Source of the DNA: Pyrinomonas sp.
Lineage (GTDB): Bacteria > Acidobacteriota > Blastocatellia > Pyrinomonadales > Pyrinomonadaceae
Assembly (NCBI RefSeq): GCF_040289685.1
Contig: NZ_PSLQ01000002.1
Coordinates: 24,387 to 88,386, forward strand
Length of the DNA stretch: 64,000 bases
Reading direction: 5' to 3'
Shown here: positions 52,647 through 63,854 of the stretch, in pieces
Position numbering within the stretch: the stretch's first letter is position 1
How the letters are laid out: every line of letters starts with the position of its first letter
Made by a program: the position numbers and the translations under genes
The notes under the pieces: model-generated
Told to the model about the DNA's origin: nothing
Databases searched by the model: none
What the model saw: the letters and a program-made list of their open reading frames with translations, nothing else

Positions 52647-55097
52647 ATGGACGACCTCAACTCTCAGATCACGGGACTGGAAACGGGAAGCGGCGACGCT
52701 GGCGAGCACCCGCAGATACCGGACGTGCTGCCGATCCTGCCGCTGCGCGACATCGTCATCTACCCGTTTATGATTGTGCCGCTTTTCGTCTCGCGCGAGC
52801 GGTCCATTCGCGCCGTGGATCAAGCGCTCGGCGAGAACCGTTTGATCCTGCTTCTTTCGCAAAAGGATCTCGACAAGGAAGAGCCGACGGCCGAAGATCT
52901 ATACGCGACGGGAACGGTCGCCGTCGTCATGCGCATGTTGAAACTCCCCGACGGGCGCACGCGCATTTTGGTACAGGGACTGGCGCGCGCGCGCGTCGTG
53001 GAAGTGAGCGAAACGAACGGGTTTTTAAGCGCCCATCTCGCCGTGTTGCGCGAGCTGCCCGTGCCGGCAGAGTCGCTCGAGGTCGAAGCGCTGATCCGCA
53101 ACGTGCGCGCGCTGTTGGAGAAGGCCGCCAACCTCGGAAAGAACATCTCGCCTGAGGTGATGGCAATCGCCGCCAACCTGGACGACGCCGGGCGACTGGC
53201 CGATCTTGCGGCATCGAACTTGGAATTGCGCGTTGAGGACGCCCAGTCCGTGCTCGACATCATCGATCCGGTGGACCGACTGCGACGCATCAACGAGCTG
53301 CTCAACCGCGAAATCGAAGTGCTCACGGTGCAGCAGGAGATCAACACGCAAGCTCGCGCCGACATCGACCGTTCGCAGCGCGAGTTCTTCCTCCGGCAGC
53401 AACTCAAGGCGATTCAGGCCGAACTCGGCGAAGGCAACGAGCTGGCCGAAGAGATCGCGCAGTTTCAGCGCAAGATCGCCGCTGCAGGCATGCCGCCGCA
53501 GGCCGAAGAAGAGGTCTTGCGGCAACTCAAAAAACTCGAACGAATGCATCCGGACGCCGCAGAAACGGCGACGTTGCGCAATTGGTTGGAGATCATGGTG
53601 GATCTGCCGTGGTCGCGGTCTTCCACGGACAACCTCGATCTAACAAAAGCGGCGCGCATCCTCGATGAAGATCATTACGGCTTAGAGAAGGTCAAAGAAC
53701 GCATCCTCGAAGCGCTGGCCGTGCGCAAACTCAAGGAGAAGCCGAAAGGGCCGATCCTTTGTTTAGTTGGTCCGCCGGGCGTCGGCAAGACCAGTTTGGG
53801 CCGTTCGATTGCGCGCGCGCTTGACCGTAAGTTCGTCCGGTTGAGTTTGGGCGGCGTCCACGACGAAGCGGAGATTCGCGGCCACCGGCGCACTTATGTG
53901 GGCGCCATGCCGGGGCGCATCATCCAAGCTCTGCAGCAAGCAGGCACGAACAACCCGCTCATCATGCTTGACGAGATCGACAAGGTTGGGGCGGATTTTC
54001 GCGGCGATCCGAGTTCGGCGCTTCTCGAGGTGCTCGATCCGGAGCAGAACAACAGCTTCCGCGACAACTATCTGGGCGTCCCGTTTGACCTGTCGAACGT
54101 GATCTTCATGACGACGGCCAACGTCCTCGACACGATCCAGCCGGCTTTGCGCGATCGCATGGAGGTCATCCAGCTATCGGGTTACACGGAAGAGGAGAAG
54201 CTCGAGATCGCGCGGCGCCATCTTCTGCCCAAGCAAATGGAGGAGAACGGCATCACGCCGCGACACTTGCAGATTTCTCGTCGAGCGTTAGCAGCCATCA
54301 TCAATCAGTACACGCAAGAGGCCGGACTTCGACAGTTGGAGCGCGAAATCGGCAAGATCTGTCGTAAAGTGGCGCGGCGCGTCGCCGAAGGCCATGACGA
54401 AACGGTGCGCGTGTCGCTCAAGAACCTGCATGAGTTTCTCGGCGCGCCCAAGATTCAACCGGAAGAGATCCTGCGGCGCGATGCCATCGGCGTAGCAACC
54501 GGGTTGGCTTGGACGGCCACCGGCGGCGATGTCCTCTTCATCGAGGCTTTGCGCGTGCGCGGCAAGGGCGATCTTGTGCTGACCGGACAGCTCGGCGACG
54601 TAATGAAGGAGTCGGCGCAGGCAGCCTTCTCTTATGCCAAAGCGCGGGCGCGTGAACTCGGCATTCCGGAAGAGGATTTCAAAACGTACGACTTGCACAT
54701 TCACATCCCCGAAGGAGCCATTCCAAAAGACGGCCCGTCGGCGGGCATCACGCTGGCGACAGCGATGGTTTCGGTCTTGGCGCAGCGTCCTGTGCGACGC
54801 GACGTGGCGATGACAGGCGAGATCACCTTGCGCGGCCACGTCTTGCCCGTCGGCGGGATCAAGGAGAAGGTGCTCGCGGCGCGTCGGGCGCGCGTGTCAA
54901 CTGTCATCCTGCCGCAGCAGAACCGGCGCGATCTGGATGAAATCCCGAAAGAGCTTTTCGCCAACCTGCGCTTTGTCTTCGTCGAGAGCGTGCAACAAGT
55001 CTTCCGCGAGGCATTGCGCGAGAAGCTTCAGCCCACAACCTCTGGAACGACTCGCCCGACCAAAATGCCGCAAGCAGCATCGCCTCAGCGAGGCTGA
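52647..55097 (+). CDS. lon: ATP-dependent Lon protease
   Basis: Trimmed to ATG 52647 (the ORF track uses TTG 52638). LON N-domain ([21 protein letters not shown]), Walker [10 protein letters not shown], protease Ser [14 protein letters not shown] and Lys GGIKEK. Confidence 0.95.
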   Translation: MDDLNSQITGLETGSGDAGEHPQIPDVLPILPLRDIVIYPFMIVPLFVSRERSIRAVDQALGENRLILLLSQKDLDKEEPTAEDLYATGTVAVVMRMLKLPDGRTRILVQGLARARVVEVSETNGFLSAHLAVLRELPVPAESLEVEALIRNVRALLEKAANLGKNISPEVMAIAANLDDAGRLADLAASNLELRVEDAQSVLDIIDPVDRLRRINELLNREIEVLTVQQEINTQARADIDRSQREFFLRQQLKAIQAELGEGNELAEEIAQFQRKIAAAGMPPQAEEEVLRQLKKLERMHPDAAETATLRNWLEIMVDLPWSRSSTDNLDLTKAARILDEDHYGLEKVKERILEALAVRKLKEKPKGPILCLVGPPGVGKTSLGRSIARALDRKFVRLSLGGVHDEAEIRGHRRTYVGAMPGRIIQALQQAGTNNPLIMLDEIDKVGADFRGDPSSALLEVLDPEQNNSFRDNYLGVPFDLSNVIFMTTANVLDTIQPALRDRMEVIQLSGYTEEEKLEIARRHLLPKQMEENGITPRHLQISRRALAAIINQYTQEAGLRQLEREIGKICRKVARRVAEGHDETVRVSLKNLHEFLGAPKIQPEEILRRDAIGVATGLAWTATGGDVLFIEALRVRGKGDLVLTGQLGDVMKESAQAAFSYAKARARELGIPEEDFKTYDLHIHIPEGAIPKDGPSAGITLATAMVSVLAQRPVRRDVAMTGEITLRGHVLPVGGIKEKVLAARRARVSTVILPQQNRRDLDEIPKELFANLRFVFVESVQQVFREALREKLQPTTSGTTRPTKMPQAASPQRG

Positions 55098-55289
55098 TTC
55101 GGTGGAAAATTTCACCGATTCGACCTATTTTAATGGATGTTGAAGTTTGACTCGCAGACGGCGGTGTGGTACGCTGCGCCACTGTCGGACCGCCACCGGC
55201 GATCCCCTGTACCCGACATCAGTCTCGCGGCGGGCGGTTCGAGCGGTGCAGCGCGAAAACCTTCGATTGCGAGGTGGACGGAGGACCTG

Positions 55290-56999
55290 ATGGCACGTAG
55301 CCTCTCCCGCTCGATTCCCCGAATCTTTCTGCTCGGTGTGCTGTTTATTCCGGGCACCCCGCTGACGGCGCAGACGCCTTCGGCCTCGGCACTGCGCGGC
55401 GCACAAAGCGAGGTCGAACGTCAGGAAGCGCGCGTGTCACAGATCATCGCGCGGGCCGAGAGCCTGTTCAAACAGGGGGAACTCAACCTCCGCGACAACC
55501 GACGCGAACAAGCGCGCGACGATTTTGACAAGGCTGTTGACGTGATCCTCGAATCCGGCCTCGATGTGCGTGCCAACCCGCGGCTGCGCGATTATTACCT
55601 GCAGTTGGTCGAGCGTATTTATCGGCTTGAAGTGCCGCAAAGCGTGCCGACAAGGGGCGGCGAAACCCTGGTCGCACAAGCTGCTTCCCCACAGATTGGG
55701 TTCCGTCAACAGACGTTCGAGCCTTCGCCGCTCGACGAGTTGAGTCGTTTGACTCTGACGCCAGAGGAGGAGAACGTCAGTCCCGAAGATGTTGCCCAGC
55801 TAGAGGCCGCTAAAAGCGCAGTCAACTTCAACTTCAAGATCAACCCGCTCATTCAGCAGTTCATCAACTACTATCAGGGGCGCGGGCGCGCGACCATGGA
55901 GGCGGGTCTTCGCCGTTCGGGGCGTTACATGAAGCTTGCCCGTCGCATCTTCCGCGAAGAAGGGGTGCCGGAAGACCTCGCGTGGCTCGCGCAGGTCGAG
56001 AGCGCTTGGCAACCGCTGGCCCGGTCATGGGCTGGTGCCTCAGGTCTGTGGCAGTTCGTCCCCGGAACGGGTCTGCGTTATGGGTTGCGGCAGACGGCAT
56101 GGGTTGACGAGCGTCATAGCTTCGAAAAGGCAACGCGCGCCTCGGCCCGCTACTTGAAGTGGCTCGCACAGCGCTACGGCGGCAATTGGGAACTGGCGCT
56201 GGCCGCTTACAACACGGGCGAGGGCAACATTGACCGCGCCATCGCGCGAGTGGGAGCGGCCGATTTCTGGCAAATCTACCCCTACATCGCCCAAGAGACA
56301 CGCAACTACGTTCCGAACATCCTAGCCACCATCTTGATCGCCAAGAACCCGGAGAAGTATGGCTTTGCGCACGTCAAACCAGAGCCGCCTCTTTCTTACG
56401 ATACGGTGAGCGTGCCGCCGCTGACGAGCTTGCGCTTCATCGCCGAAGCGACCGAGACGAGCCTAGAGTATCTGCGCGACCTCAACCCTGAACTTCGTCG
56501 TGACACGACGCCGCAAGGCGAATCTTACGCTGTACGTGTGCCGCCCGGACGCGGACGAAGCTTGGTCGCTTTGCTCAAGCGCATTCCGCCAGACCAACGT
56601 AATTCGATTCGGTTCGCGCGCGTTGCGCCGGGCGAAAACCTTGCGACCATCGCTGCGCGCACAGGAGCCAATCTGTCGCAATTACAGGCGCTCAACGAAG
56701 GCGTCGAAATCAAGCCGGGCAGCCGCATCCTCGTCCCCGCTGGCAGCGTCAAGAACGTCGTGATGACGCGGCCGACTGCTGCGGGCAACGTCGCTCCGAC
56801 CAAGCGTTTGGTTCGCATACGTGCGCGCCAAGGCGAGACAGTTGCACAGATTGCAGCTCGTTACGGAGCCTCTGCCGATGAGGTGGCGCGCCTGAACGGC
56901 GTGGCGGCCAATTCTCCGCTCGCTGCCGGACGCGAGATCGTCGTTCCGGCCTCTGGCGGCGTTAAGTCCTCAGCCGCACCGCGTCGCCGTCGTCGCTAG
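55290..56999 (+). CDS. Lytic transglycosylase (SLT domain) with two C-terminal LysM domains (MltD-like)
   Basis: Trimmed to ATG 55290 behind GGAGGA, with a signal peptide. SLT motifs AQVESAW, SGLWQFVPGTG, AYNTGEGN. LysM repeats (VAPGENLATIAARTGANLSQLQALN; ARQGETVAQIAARYGASADEVARLN). Confidence 0.88.
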   Translation: MARSLSRSIPRIFLLGVLFIPGTPLTAQTPSASALRGAQSEVERQEARVSQIIARAESLFKQGELNLRDNRREQARDDFDKAVDVILESGLDVRANPRLRDYYLQLVERIYRLEVPQSVPTRGGETLVAQAASPQIGFRQQTFEPSPLDELSRLTLTPEEENVSPEDVAQLEAAKSAVNFNFKINPLIQQFINYYQGRGRATMEAGLRRSGRYMKLARRIFREEGVPEDLAWLAQVESAWQPLARSWAGASGLWQFVPGTGLRYGLRQTAWVDERHSFEKATRASARYLKWLAQRYGGNWELALAAYNTGEGNIDRAIARVGAADFWQIYPYIAQETRNYVPNILATILIAKNPEKYGFAHVKPEPPLSYDTVSVPPLTSLRFIAEATETSLEYLRDLNPELRRDTTPQGESYAVRVPPGRGRSLVALLKRIPPDQRNSIRFARVAPGENLATIAARTGANLSQLQALNEGVEIKPGSRILVPAGSVKNVVMTRPTAAGNVAPTKRLVRIRARQGETVAQIAARYGASADEVARLNGVAANSPLAAGREIVVPASGGVKSSAAPRRRRR

Positions 57000-57019
57000 C
57001 GGGTTGGCGGAAAGGCCTC

Positions 57020-57122
57020 GTGGTCCAGGTTTCGAAAGCGCGCCGCATGCTATTGCTCATGGTGGTAGCGCGCAAAGCGCGCAATGGGCTTGTGGTGCAA
57101 GTTTCGAAAGCGCGCCGCCTGC
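57020..57122. repeat. Two copies of a 31-nt direct repeat (28/31 identical)
   Basis: gtggtccaggtttcgaaagcgcgccgcatgc (57020-57050) and gtggtgcaagtttcgaaagcgcgccgcctgc (57092-57122), 72-nt period. Confidence 0.85.
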
Positions 57123-57144
57123 GATGGCGCGCTTTCGAGTTTTC
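57104..57144 (+). terminator. Strong hairpin with short T-run (intrinsic terminator candidate for the transglycosylase gene)
   Basis: 13-bp perfect stem tcgaaagcgcgcc (57104-57116) / ggcgcgctttcga (57126-57138), 9-nt loop, followed by gttttc. Confidence 0.55.
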
Positions 57145-57455
57145 AAGGGCGGAGACGGAACAAGTCGCCGACGTTCACTTAAATTTTGAACCATATGGAC
57201 GCCCGCTGGTTTTCGGGGATTGAAATGCGCCTTGGCGTTTTCAGCGCCTCGTTGGACGTCTTCGAGACCTCGGTGTTTGCATCGCGCGGAAGTTTGTCGA
57301 AGTAGCCGTGCGAGGCGCGTCGTTGAAAGCTTTTGTTCCGCATGAGAGCAGAAGTGCGAGGATCCATTTGGAAAGAGCACATCGTCAAGGCTTCCGTCTC
57401 CCCTCCTTTGATTTCGACGAAAAATCGGCTCCTGAATTTGGGGGAATGCCTCACC

Positions 57456-59027
57456 ATGCTCTTTTGCACTCGTTCAGCAGCCGTATACGGCATCGATGCT
57501 GATTTGGTTGAAGTGGAAGTCGATCTGGTCCCGTCGCGCGGCGAGAGCGACGCGACAGCGTCGGTGACCATCGTTGGATTGCCGGACTTAGCCGTGCGCG
57601 AATCGCGCGAGCGCATTCGCGCCGCGATCAACAACAGCGGCTTCTTCTTTCCCTTCAGCCGAACGACGGTCAATCTCGCCCCCGCCGACGTGCGCAAAGA
57701 AGGTGCCAGTTTCGATTTGCCAATCGCGCTCGGCATCCTTGGAGCAAACGGCGATCTAGGCGCCCTCACCGGACTCGAAAAGGTGCTCGCCGTGGGCGAA
57801 CTGGCCCTTGATGGGCGCGTGCGCCCTGTACGCGGCGTTCTACCGATCGCCATGCGCGCGCGCCAAGCGCGCATCGAGCACTTGCTCGTCCCTGAGGAGA
57901 ATGCTGCTGAAGCGGCCGTGGTGACGGGCGTCAACGTCTATCCGGTAGCGGATCTGCGACGTGCCGTCGAGACGGCGCTGGCGCTCGAAAGCGGCGAAGC
58001 GAGTCAACGTCCAGCGCCGTTGCGCCTTGATCCGCACGCGCTCATGGCGCACAGAGATGAGTACGCCGTGGATTTTCGCGAAGTGCGTGGGCAGCACGCG
58101 GCTAAACGCGCGCTGGAGGTGGCGAGCGCGGGCGCGCACAATATCCTGCTCATCGGTCCGCCCGGATCCGGCAAGACCATGCTCGCCAAGCGCATCCCGA
58201 CGATTTTGCCGCCGCTGGAATTCGAGGCGGCGTTGGAATTGACCAAGATCTATTCGGTAGCCGGATTAACGGGGCGCGTCGGGTTGGTCACGCAGCGTCC
58301 TTTTCGCTCGCCTCACCACACGATCAGCGACGCCGGATTGATCGGCGGCGGCGCCGTTCCGCGTCCTGGCGAAGTGTCGCTTGCGCATCACGGCGTACTC
58401 TTTCTCGACGAGCTGCCGGAGTTCGACCGCAGCGTTCTGGAGGTGCTGCGTCAGCCTTTGGAAGATCAGAAGGTGACCATCAGCCGCGCGGCGATGTCGT
58501 TGACCTTTCCTTCTTCGTTCATGCTCGTCGCTGCGATGAATCCTTGCCCCTGCGGGTTTTGGAACGACCCGACGCGCGAGTGCCACTGTACGCCGTTGCA
58601 GATCAGACGTTACGTCGGAAGGATCTCCGGCCCGTTGCTTGACCGCATAGACATTCACATAGACGTGCCCGCCGTGAAGTTCAGGGAGTTGACGGGCGAA
58701 GGGCCGACAGCGGAAAGTTCAGCCGATATCCGCGCGCGCGTCATGCAAGCGCGCGAAAGACAACGGGCGCGCTTTCAAGGCGAGGGCATCTTCGCCAACG
58801 CGCAGATGCAACCGCGACATATTCGTCGCTTCTGTCGCATTGACGCCGAGTGCGAGCGGATGTTAGAGAATGCTGTGGCGCGGTTGGGGTTATCGGCACG
58901 CGCCATTGACCGCATACTGAAGGTAAGTCGCACCATCGCCGATCTCGAGGGGACGACCGAGATTCGGCCCGCGCACATCGCCGAGGCCGTAGGCTACCGT
59001 TCGCTCGACCGTGTCTATTGGACTTGA
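57456..59027 (+). CDS. comM: YifB/ComM-family Mg-chelatase-like AAA+ ATPase
   Basis: ORF 57333-59027 trimmed to ATG 57456 ([24 protein letters not shown]). Lon-like N-domain, Walker [10 protein letters not shown], Walker [11 protein letters not shown], zinc-like CPCG..C..C segment. Confidence 0.92.
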   Translation: MLFCTRSAAVYGIDADLVEVEVDLVPSRGESDATASVTIVGLPDLAVRESRERIRAAINNSGFFFPFSRTTVNLAPADVRKEGASFDLPIALGILGANGDLGALTGLEKVLAVGELALDGRVRPVRGVLPIAMRARQARIEHLLVPEENAAEAAVVTGVNVYPVADLRRAVETALALESGEASQRPAPLRLDPHALMAHRDEYAVDFREVRGQHAAKRALEVASAGAHNILLIGPPGSGKTMLAKRIPTILPPLEFEAALELTKIYSVAGLTGRVGLVTQRPFRSPHHTISDAGLIGGGAVPRPGEVSLAHHGVLFLDELPEFDRSVLEVLRQPLEDQKVTISRAAMSLTFPSSFMLVAAMNPCPCGFWNDPTRECHCTPLQIRRYVGRISGPLLDRIDIHIDVPAVKFRELTGEGPTAESSADIRARVMQARERQRARFQGEGIFANAQMQPRHIRRFCRIDAECERMLENAVARLGLSARAIDRILKVSRTIADLEGTTEIRPAHIAEAVGYRSLDRVYWT

Positions 59028-59267
59028 GCGTGCACGAAAACGTCGGCGCGGTGCACGAAAAGATCAATTCTTACGGCGGACAAGGCAACGACGCGCATCA
59101 CCGAGGGCATCACAAGGCGCGTGGGAGGAGCTTGACGCAAAGCCGTCGGTTCGCAAGAAACGGCTTTGCCAGCGAAGATGTCTTCGTTTGAGCGTGTACT
59201 GTCCGTCGCGCGCTAGGAGGGGTCAGAGGGTCTTCCAAGCCTTGTTGCCGGGGCGGGCAGCGAACAC

Positions 59268-59870
59268 GTGACCGAAGCCGAAAAAGTCGAAGCGGGAACG
59301 CCGCAAGAATCCGATTTCGAACTAGCGCAGCGGGCTGCACGCGGCGATGCGCAAGCGTTCGAACGGCTTTATGAACGCCACAATCGGCGCGTCTATTCGC
59401 TCTGCCTGCGCATGACGGGCAACACGAGCGAGGCCGAAGACCTGATGCAAGAGGTCTTCATTCAGCTCTTCCGCAAGATCGGAAGCTTTCGCGGCGAGTC
59501 GGCGTTCACTACTTGGTTGCATCGTCTGACGGTCAATCAAGTGCTGATGCACTTTCGCAAGCGTGGGGTGCGCTTGGAACAGACGACCGAAGATGGCGAA
59601 ACGCCCGTGCAAATCGTCAAGGGCACGGAGAATCCCAACGCGATGCCGATCGTCGATCGGATCGCGCTCGACAAAGCCATCGCGCAACTGCCGCCCGGTT
59701 ATCGAACCGTCTTCGTGCTCCACGACATCGAAGGACACGAGCACGAAGAGATCGCGCGCATGCTGGGTTGCTCGGTTGGCACCAGCAAATCGCAACTACA
59801 CAAGGCGCGTATGAGGTTGCGCGAGTTGTTGAGACAGCAGAATCCGCCCAAAAACCGCTCGCGCGAGTAA
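59268..59870 (+). CDS. ECF-type RNA polymerase sigma-70 family factor
   Basis: 200 aa, GTG start. Region 2 ([57 protein letters not shown]) and region 4 ([34 protein letters not shown]). Confidence 0.9.
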   Translation: MTEAEKVEAGTPQESDFELAQRAARGDAQAFERLYERHNRRVYSLCLRMTGNTSEAEDLMQEVFIQLFRKIGSFRGESAFTTWLHRLTVNQVLMHFRKRGVRLEQTTEDGETPVQIVKGTENPNAMPIVDRIALDKAIAQLPPGYRTVFVLHDIEGHEHEEIARMLGCSVGTSKSQLHKARMRLRELLRQQNPPKNRSRE

Positions 59871-60002
59871 CTCGCGCGGGGCGTCTTGCTGGGCGACGAG
59901 CATCTCGCGAAAAGAGCGGAAACAGACCATTGCGGCGCCATTTAGGCCCATGAAGATTGCCGGTGAGAAGCTGCTTTGCCTTCATACCGGAGGTTTTGAA
60001 GG

Positions 60003-60728
60003 ATGGAGTGCTGGAACTGTCAAGCTTTGCTGAGCGAATTGATTGACGGCACGCTCGCTGGCGACGAGCGTGCAAGCGTCGAAGAACATCTCGCACGGTG
60101 CGCTGCCTGCGCCCAAGTGCACGACGAACTATCGATCATCGTCCTTGCGGCGCGCGATTGCCACGCCTACCCATTAGTCCCTCCCGATGAACGTCGCATC
60201 TGGATGCGAATCAGAAACCGGTTGATCGCAGAGCAACAGCAACTGGAAAACGCGCACACGGCGACAGCGACGACGCCGACGTCGAATCGGACCGGTTGGC
60301 TGACGCGGTTTTTGAACAAGAAGTGGCAACTATCTTTGCCGCAACTGAGCGCCGCCATGGCCGCTATCATCGTGGTGGTCTCGTTGGTGACGGCGCTTTC
60401 GCTTAACGCTTTGCAGCGTGTGACCGTGTCGAGAGCGGATAGCGCCCGCAGCGAGGCGATAAGCGTCCGTCCAGTCGCGCTCGATGATTATCTGCGCCAA
60501 CAACAACTGGCGATCGAGTACTGGCAGCAGCGAGTCAACGAACGGCGCGTCCGTTGGAACCCGAAGATGCGCGAAGCGTTCGATCGCAACATGCAGGTCA
60601 TCGATCAGGCGGTGCAGAACTCTTTGCGCGAACTCGAGCGCAACCCCCATGATGAGGTGTCGGAAGAGATGCTCAACGTCGCGCTTCGGGAGAAGATGGA
60701 ACTGCTTCGCGAATTTTCCGAGCTTTGA
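60003..60728 (+). CDS. Anti-sigma factor (single zf-HC2 motif, one TM helix)
   Basis: 241 aa. MECWNCQALLSELIDGTLAGDERASVEEHLARCAACAQV, TM segment LSAAMAAIIVVVSLVTALSL, helical extracytoplasmic C-domain. Confidence 0.75.
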   Translation: MECWNCQALLSELIDGTLAGDERASVEEHLARCAACAQVHDELSIIVLAARDCHAYPLVPPDERRIWMRIRNRLIAEQQQLENAHTATATTPTSNRTGWLTRFLNKKWQLSLPQLSAAMAAIIVVVSLVTALSLNALQRVTVSRADSARSEAISVRPVALDDYLRQQQLAIEYWQQRVNERRVRWNPKMREAFDRNMQVIDQAVQNSLRELERNPHDEVSEEMLNVALREKMELLREFSEL

Positions 60729-60823
60729 GCGTGAAGCCCATCTTTTCGCGCAGCGCGCGCATCAAAGCAATTCGTGCTCTACGCGCGCAAATCATGTCGG
60801 AGTGATGAACCGAGTTTTCTTCG

Positions 60824-61582
60824 ATGAAGATCAATTCAAGGTTCGCCCGAAAAGGTTTCAGTAGACCGTTGGTCGCCGTGCTTTGTTTGGTGGTCGTTGC
60901 CCCAGCCGCTTTGGCGCAACAACGCTACGCGCGCACGTTCGCCGTCTCGCCGCGCATTCGCGTGCAAGTGGTGAATCTATCGGGGCGCATCGTGGTTGAA
61001 GGTTGGGGGCGCAACGAAGTGAAGGTCACAGCCAGCGCCGAAGCGCCTCCGGCCCGCATCGTGCCGGAGATAGGCGAAAGCGCGTTCGTCGTCAACGTCG
61101 TTCAAGTGAATCGTGGGCGCGAGATCGGCGACGTCAACTTCTTGATCTTCGTCCCGACAACAGCCAGCGTAGACCTTGAAACCAAACGGGGCGATATCAC
61201 CGTGCGCGGCATTCGCGGGCAAATGGTGCGCGCGCGCGTGAGCACCGAGGGCGATATCGAGTTGACTGACATTAGTACGGGGATGTTGATGGCTGAAAAC
61301 ACCATGGGCGACATCCTCTTCGATGGCGATCTGCTGCCCAACGGCAACTACACGCTCGCTTCCATGCAAGGCAACATCAACATCCGCATTCCGGCAGATG
61401 CGGCCTTTCGCTTGAACGCAACGGCGCCTTTGACGCGCAACATCAATCTTGGCGAATTCGCACGCTTGGGACTTTTTAGTTTCATGAGCGGCAATCGCAA
61501 GGTGATCGGCAAGACGGGCGACGGACGCGCCCTGCTTAACGTCTTCAATCAAGGTGGTCCGATCATCTTCACGCGGCGTTGA
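60824..61582 (+). CDS. DUF4097-like beta-repeat protein (exported)
   Basis: 252 aa with signal peptide. Repeating G-[DNR]-I-x-[VI] strand pattern (SGRIVVEG, RGDITVRG, EGDIELTD, MGDILFDG, QGNINIRI) typical of DUF4097 putative adhesins. Confidence 0.62.
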   Translation: MKINSRFARKGFSRPLVAVLCLVVVAPAALAQQRYARTFAVSPRIRVQVVNLSGRIVVEGWGRNEVKVTASAEAPPARIVPEIGESAFVVNVVQVNRGREIGDVNFLIFVPTTASVDLETKRGDITVRGIRGQMVRARVSTEGDIELTDISTGMLMAENTMGDILFDGDLLPNGNYTLASMQGNINIRIPADAAFRLNATAPLTRNINLGEFARLGLFSFMSGNRKVIGKTGDGRALLNVFNQGGPIIFTRR

Positions 61583-61598
61583 AACGAGCTGCCACAGC

Positions 61599-62513
61599 AT
61601 GCGTTTAAACGTGCGCCCCAGCCTTTTCTTCCCTTTGATGCTGCTCGCCTCCTCTTTCGGCGCCGCAGCCGTAGTCGCGCAACAACCTCAACGACCGAGT
61701 CCGAGCGGAGAGTTCGTGCGCACGACGACGCGGCGCGAGATGCGCCGTTTCCCTTATGGCGGCGCCATCAGCCTTTTCGGCGCGCCGCAAGGATCAGTGA
61801 CGGTGGAATCTTGGTCGCGCGCCGAGGTCGAGATCACGGCTGAAACGGAGATACGCGCGAGCAGCGAAGACGATCTCGCGCTGCTTGCGCGCGTGACCGA
61901 CTTCGTGTTGGATGAGGAGCCGAATCGCTTGCGTATCTTCACCACTGGCACGCACGACCGACGCACGCTTAAACGCCTCGCGCCGGACTTCCCACGTCGT
62001 TTGCTCAATGCTTGGTGGAAGGTCGATTATCTCGTTCGCGTCCCGCCGCAGACCGATCTCGAAATCTACACCGGACGAGGCGCGTTGCGCGTTGGCGGCG
62101 TCGAAGGGAACATCAAGTTGAACGCGGCGGAAGCGGAGGCCACGCTGGAGCTATCGGGCGGCGATGTCATGGCCGTCATTGGCCGCGGCAAGGTCAACGT
62201 CCGTCTGACGGCCCCAAGCTGGCGCGGGCGTGGTGCCAACGTCAATCTCGCTTCCGGCGAATTGATTGTGGAGTTGCCCGCCGGATTGAACGCTGATCTG
62301 CGTCTATCCGTGCTTCGAACGGGTCGCATACTCGATGAAACGAACCGCTCCATCAAGAAGATCACGCCCGAGGGACGCGCGTCTTTAATGCGCTTCGGAG
62401 CGGGAGGAGCCGTGCTCGCTTTCACCATCGGCGATGGCACGCTGCGTTTGGTCGAGCGCCAAGCGATGCGCCGCCCATTTCAAGATCGCATGACTCAACA
62501 TCCGAGCGATTAA
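61599..62513 (+). CDS. DUF4097-like beta-repeat protein (exported), second copy
   Basis: Trimmed to ATG 61599 (signal peptide MRLNVRPSLFFPLMLLASSFGAAAVVAQQ). Same strand periodicity (QGSVTVES, RGALRVGG, EGNIKLNA, GGDVMAVI, RGKVNVRL, SGELIVEL). Confidence 0.6.
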   Translation: MRLNVRPSLFFPLMLLASSFGAAAVVAQQPQRPSPSGEFVRTTTRREMRRFPYGGAISLFGAPQGSVTVESWSRAEVEITAETEIRASSEDDLALLARVTDFVLDEEPNRLRIFTTGTHDRRTLKRLAPDFPRRLLNAWWKVDYLVRVPPQTDLEIYTGRGALRVGGVEGNIKLNAAEAEATLELSGGDVMAVIGRGKVNVRLTAPSWRGRGANVNLASGELIVELPAGLNADLRLSVLRTGRILDETNRSIKKITPEGRASLMRFGAGGAVLAFTIGDGTLRLVERQAMRRPFQDRMTQHPSD

Positions 62514-62677
62514 TCAACTTGGTCATCGCTGACCAGTTGCCGATGTCCGCTGGCGACTTCGATCTTCTTTCGGCGCAGGCCATCCCAGCGCGTTGAGGCT
62601 GGACTAATGCGCTCCGGTGGGATTATGCTGCACGATTCTCCGACGAAACTTTCCTGCTGAGGAGAAACGCTGAAAAG

Positions 62678-63268
62678 ATGAGCATCAAGTCGGATCGTTG
62701 GATCCGCCGCATGGTCGAAGAAGTCAAACTGATCGACCCTTTCGACCCACGTCTTCTGCGCGAAGTGGGTGGTCGGCGCATAATCTCTTGCGGCGCCTCT
62801 TCGTATGGTTACGATATGCGTCTAGCGGACGACGGTTTCCGCGTTTTTTCGCCGATTCACGGACGCGAGATCGATCCGAAGAAGTTCGATGAAGAGTCGC
62901 TCATTGAGCCGCCGTTGCGGCGCGCTGAGGATGGCTCGCGCTACTACCTGTTGCCGCCGCACTCTTACGGTCTCGGCGTCTCGGTGGAGACCTTCAACTT
63001 GCCACGCAACGTGACGGGGATCTGCATGGGCAAATCGACTTATGCGCGCGCCGGGTTGCTGGTCAACACCACGCCGCTCGAGGCCGGTTGGCGCGGACGA
63101 CTGGTCGTCGAAATCGCCAATTTGGCTAATCTCCCGCTGCGCGTTTACGTCAACGAGGGTATTGGCCAAGTGCTCTTCTTCGAGTCGGACGAAGAGTGCG
63201 AGACGAGCTACGCTGACCGCGATGGCAAGTATCAGAACCAGACCGGTTTGACCTATTCGCGCGTCTGA
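62678..63268 (+). CDS. dcd: dCTP deaminase
   Basis: 196 aa. SIKSDRWIRRM start, SSYGYDMRL, GRLVVEIANL (catalytic Glu), DRDGKYQNQTG. Confidence 0.93.
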   Translation: MSIKSDRWIRRMVEEVKLIDPFDPRLLREVGGRRIISCGASSYGYDMRLADDGFRVFSPIHGREIDPKKFDEESLIEPPLRRAEDGSRYYLLPPHSYGLGVSVETFNLPRNVTGICMGKSTYARAGLLVNTTPLEAGWRGRLVVEIANLANLPLRVYVNEGIGQVLFFESDEECETSYADRDGKYQNQTGLTYSRV

Positions 63269-63296
63269 ACGGTGGGCGCTGGAAGAAAACGTCCTC

Positions 63297-63854
63297 ATGA
63301 TTGAAACTTTTCTCGGCAAAAGGCCGCGCATTCATCCGAGCGCGTTCATCGCCGACAGCGCCGACATCATCGGAGATGTCGAAATCGGCGAAGAAGCATC
63401 CGTCTGGTTTCGCGTCGTTGTTCGCGGCGATGTGAACTCCGTGCGCATCGGAGCGCGCGCTAACGTGCAGGACGGAGCGGTGATTCACGTAACGCGCGGC
63501 TTGCACCCGACCTTTATCGAAGACGAGGTGACCATCGGACATGGGGCGATGGTCCACGGCTGTCGCATTGAACGCGGCTGCTTGATCGGCATCGGCGCCA
63601 TCGTGCTCGATGGCGCGCTCATTGGAGCTGAATCTTTGATTGCTGCAGGTGCGCTCGTTACGCCGGGAACTAGCGTTCCGCCCCGCTCGCTCGTTATGGG
63701 CGCGCCGGCGCGCGTCGTGCGTCCGCTCAAACAGGAAGAACTCGTGCGACTCGAACGTTACTGGAAAAACTATGTCGAGTACGCCAAGATCTACAGAAGG
63801 AACGTCGCTCGCTATGACGCGCGACAGACGGAGGGCGAATCCGAATCGCGCTGA
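63297..63854 (+). CDS. Gamma-class carbonic anhydrase-like left-handed beta-helix protein
   Basis: 185 aa. Hexapeptide repeats and the His-containing pattern VRGDVNSVRIGARANVQDGAVIHV...TIGHGAMVHGC. Confidence 0.88.
   Translation: MIETFLGKRPRIHPSAFIADSADIIGDVEIGEEASVWFRVVVRGDVNSVRIGARANVQDGAVIHVTRGLHPTFIEDEVTIGHGAMVHGCRIERGCLIGIGAIVLDGALIGAESLIAAGALVTPGTSVPPRSLVMGAPARVVRPLKQEELVRLERYWKNYVEYAKIYRRNVARYDARQTEGESESR

Noticed and set aside
52560-52650. Heat-shock (sigma32-like) promoter upstream of lon (cttgaat... and ccccat)
   Set aside because: The CCCCAT lies directly on the start codon and the spacing to the CTTGAA-like element does not fit the consensus. No CIRCE element was seen.
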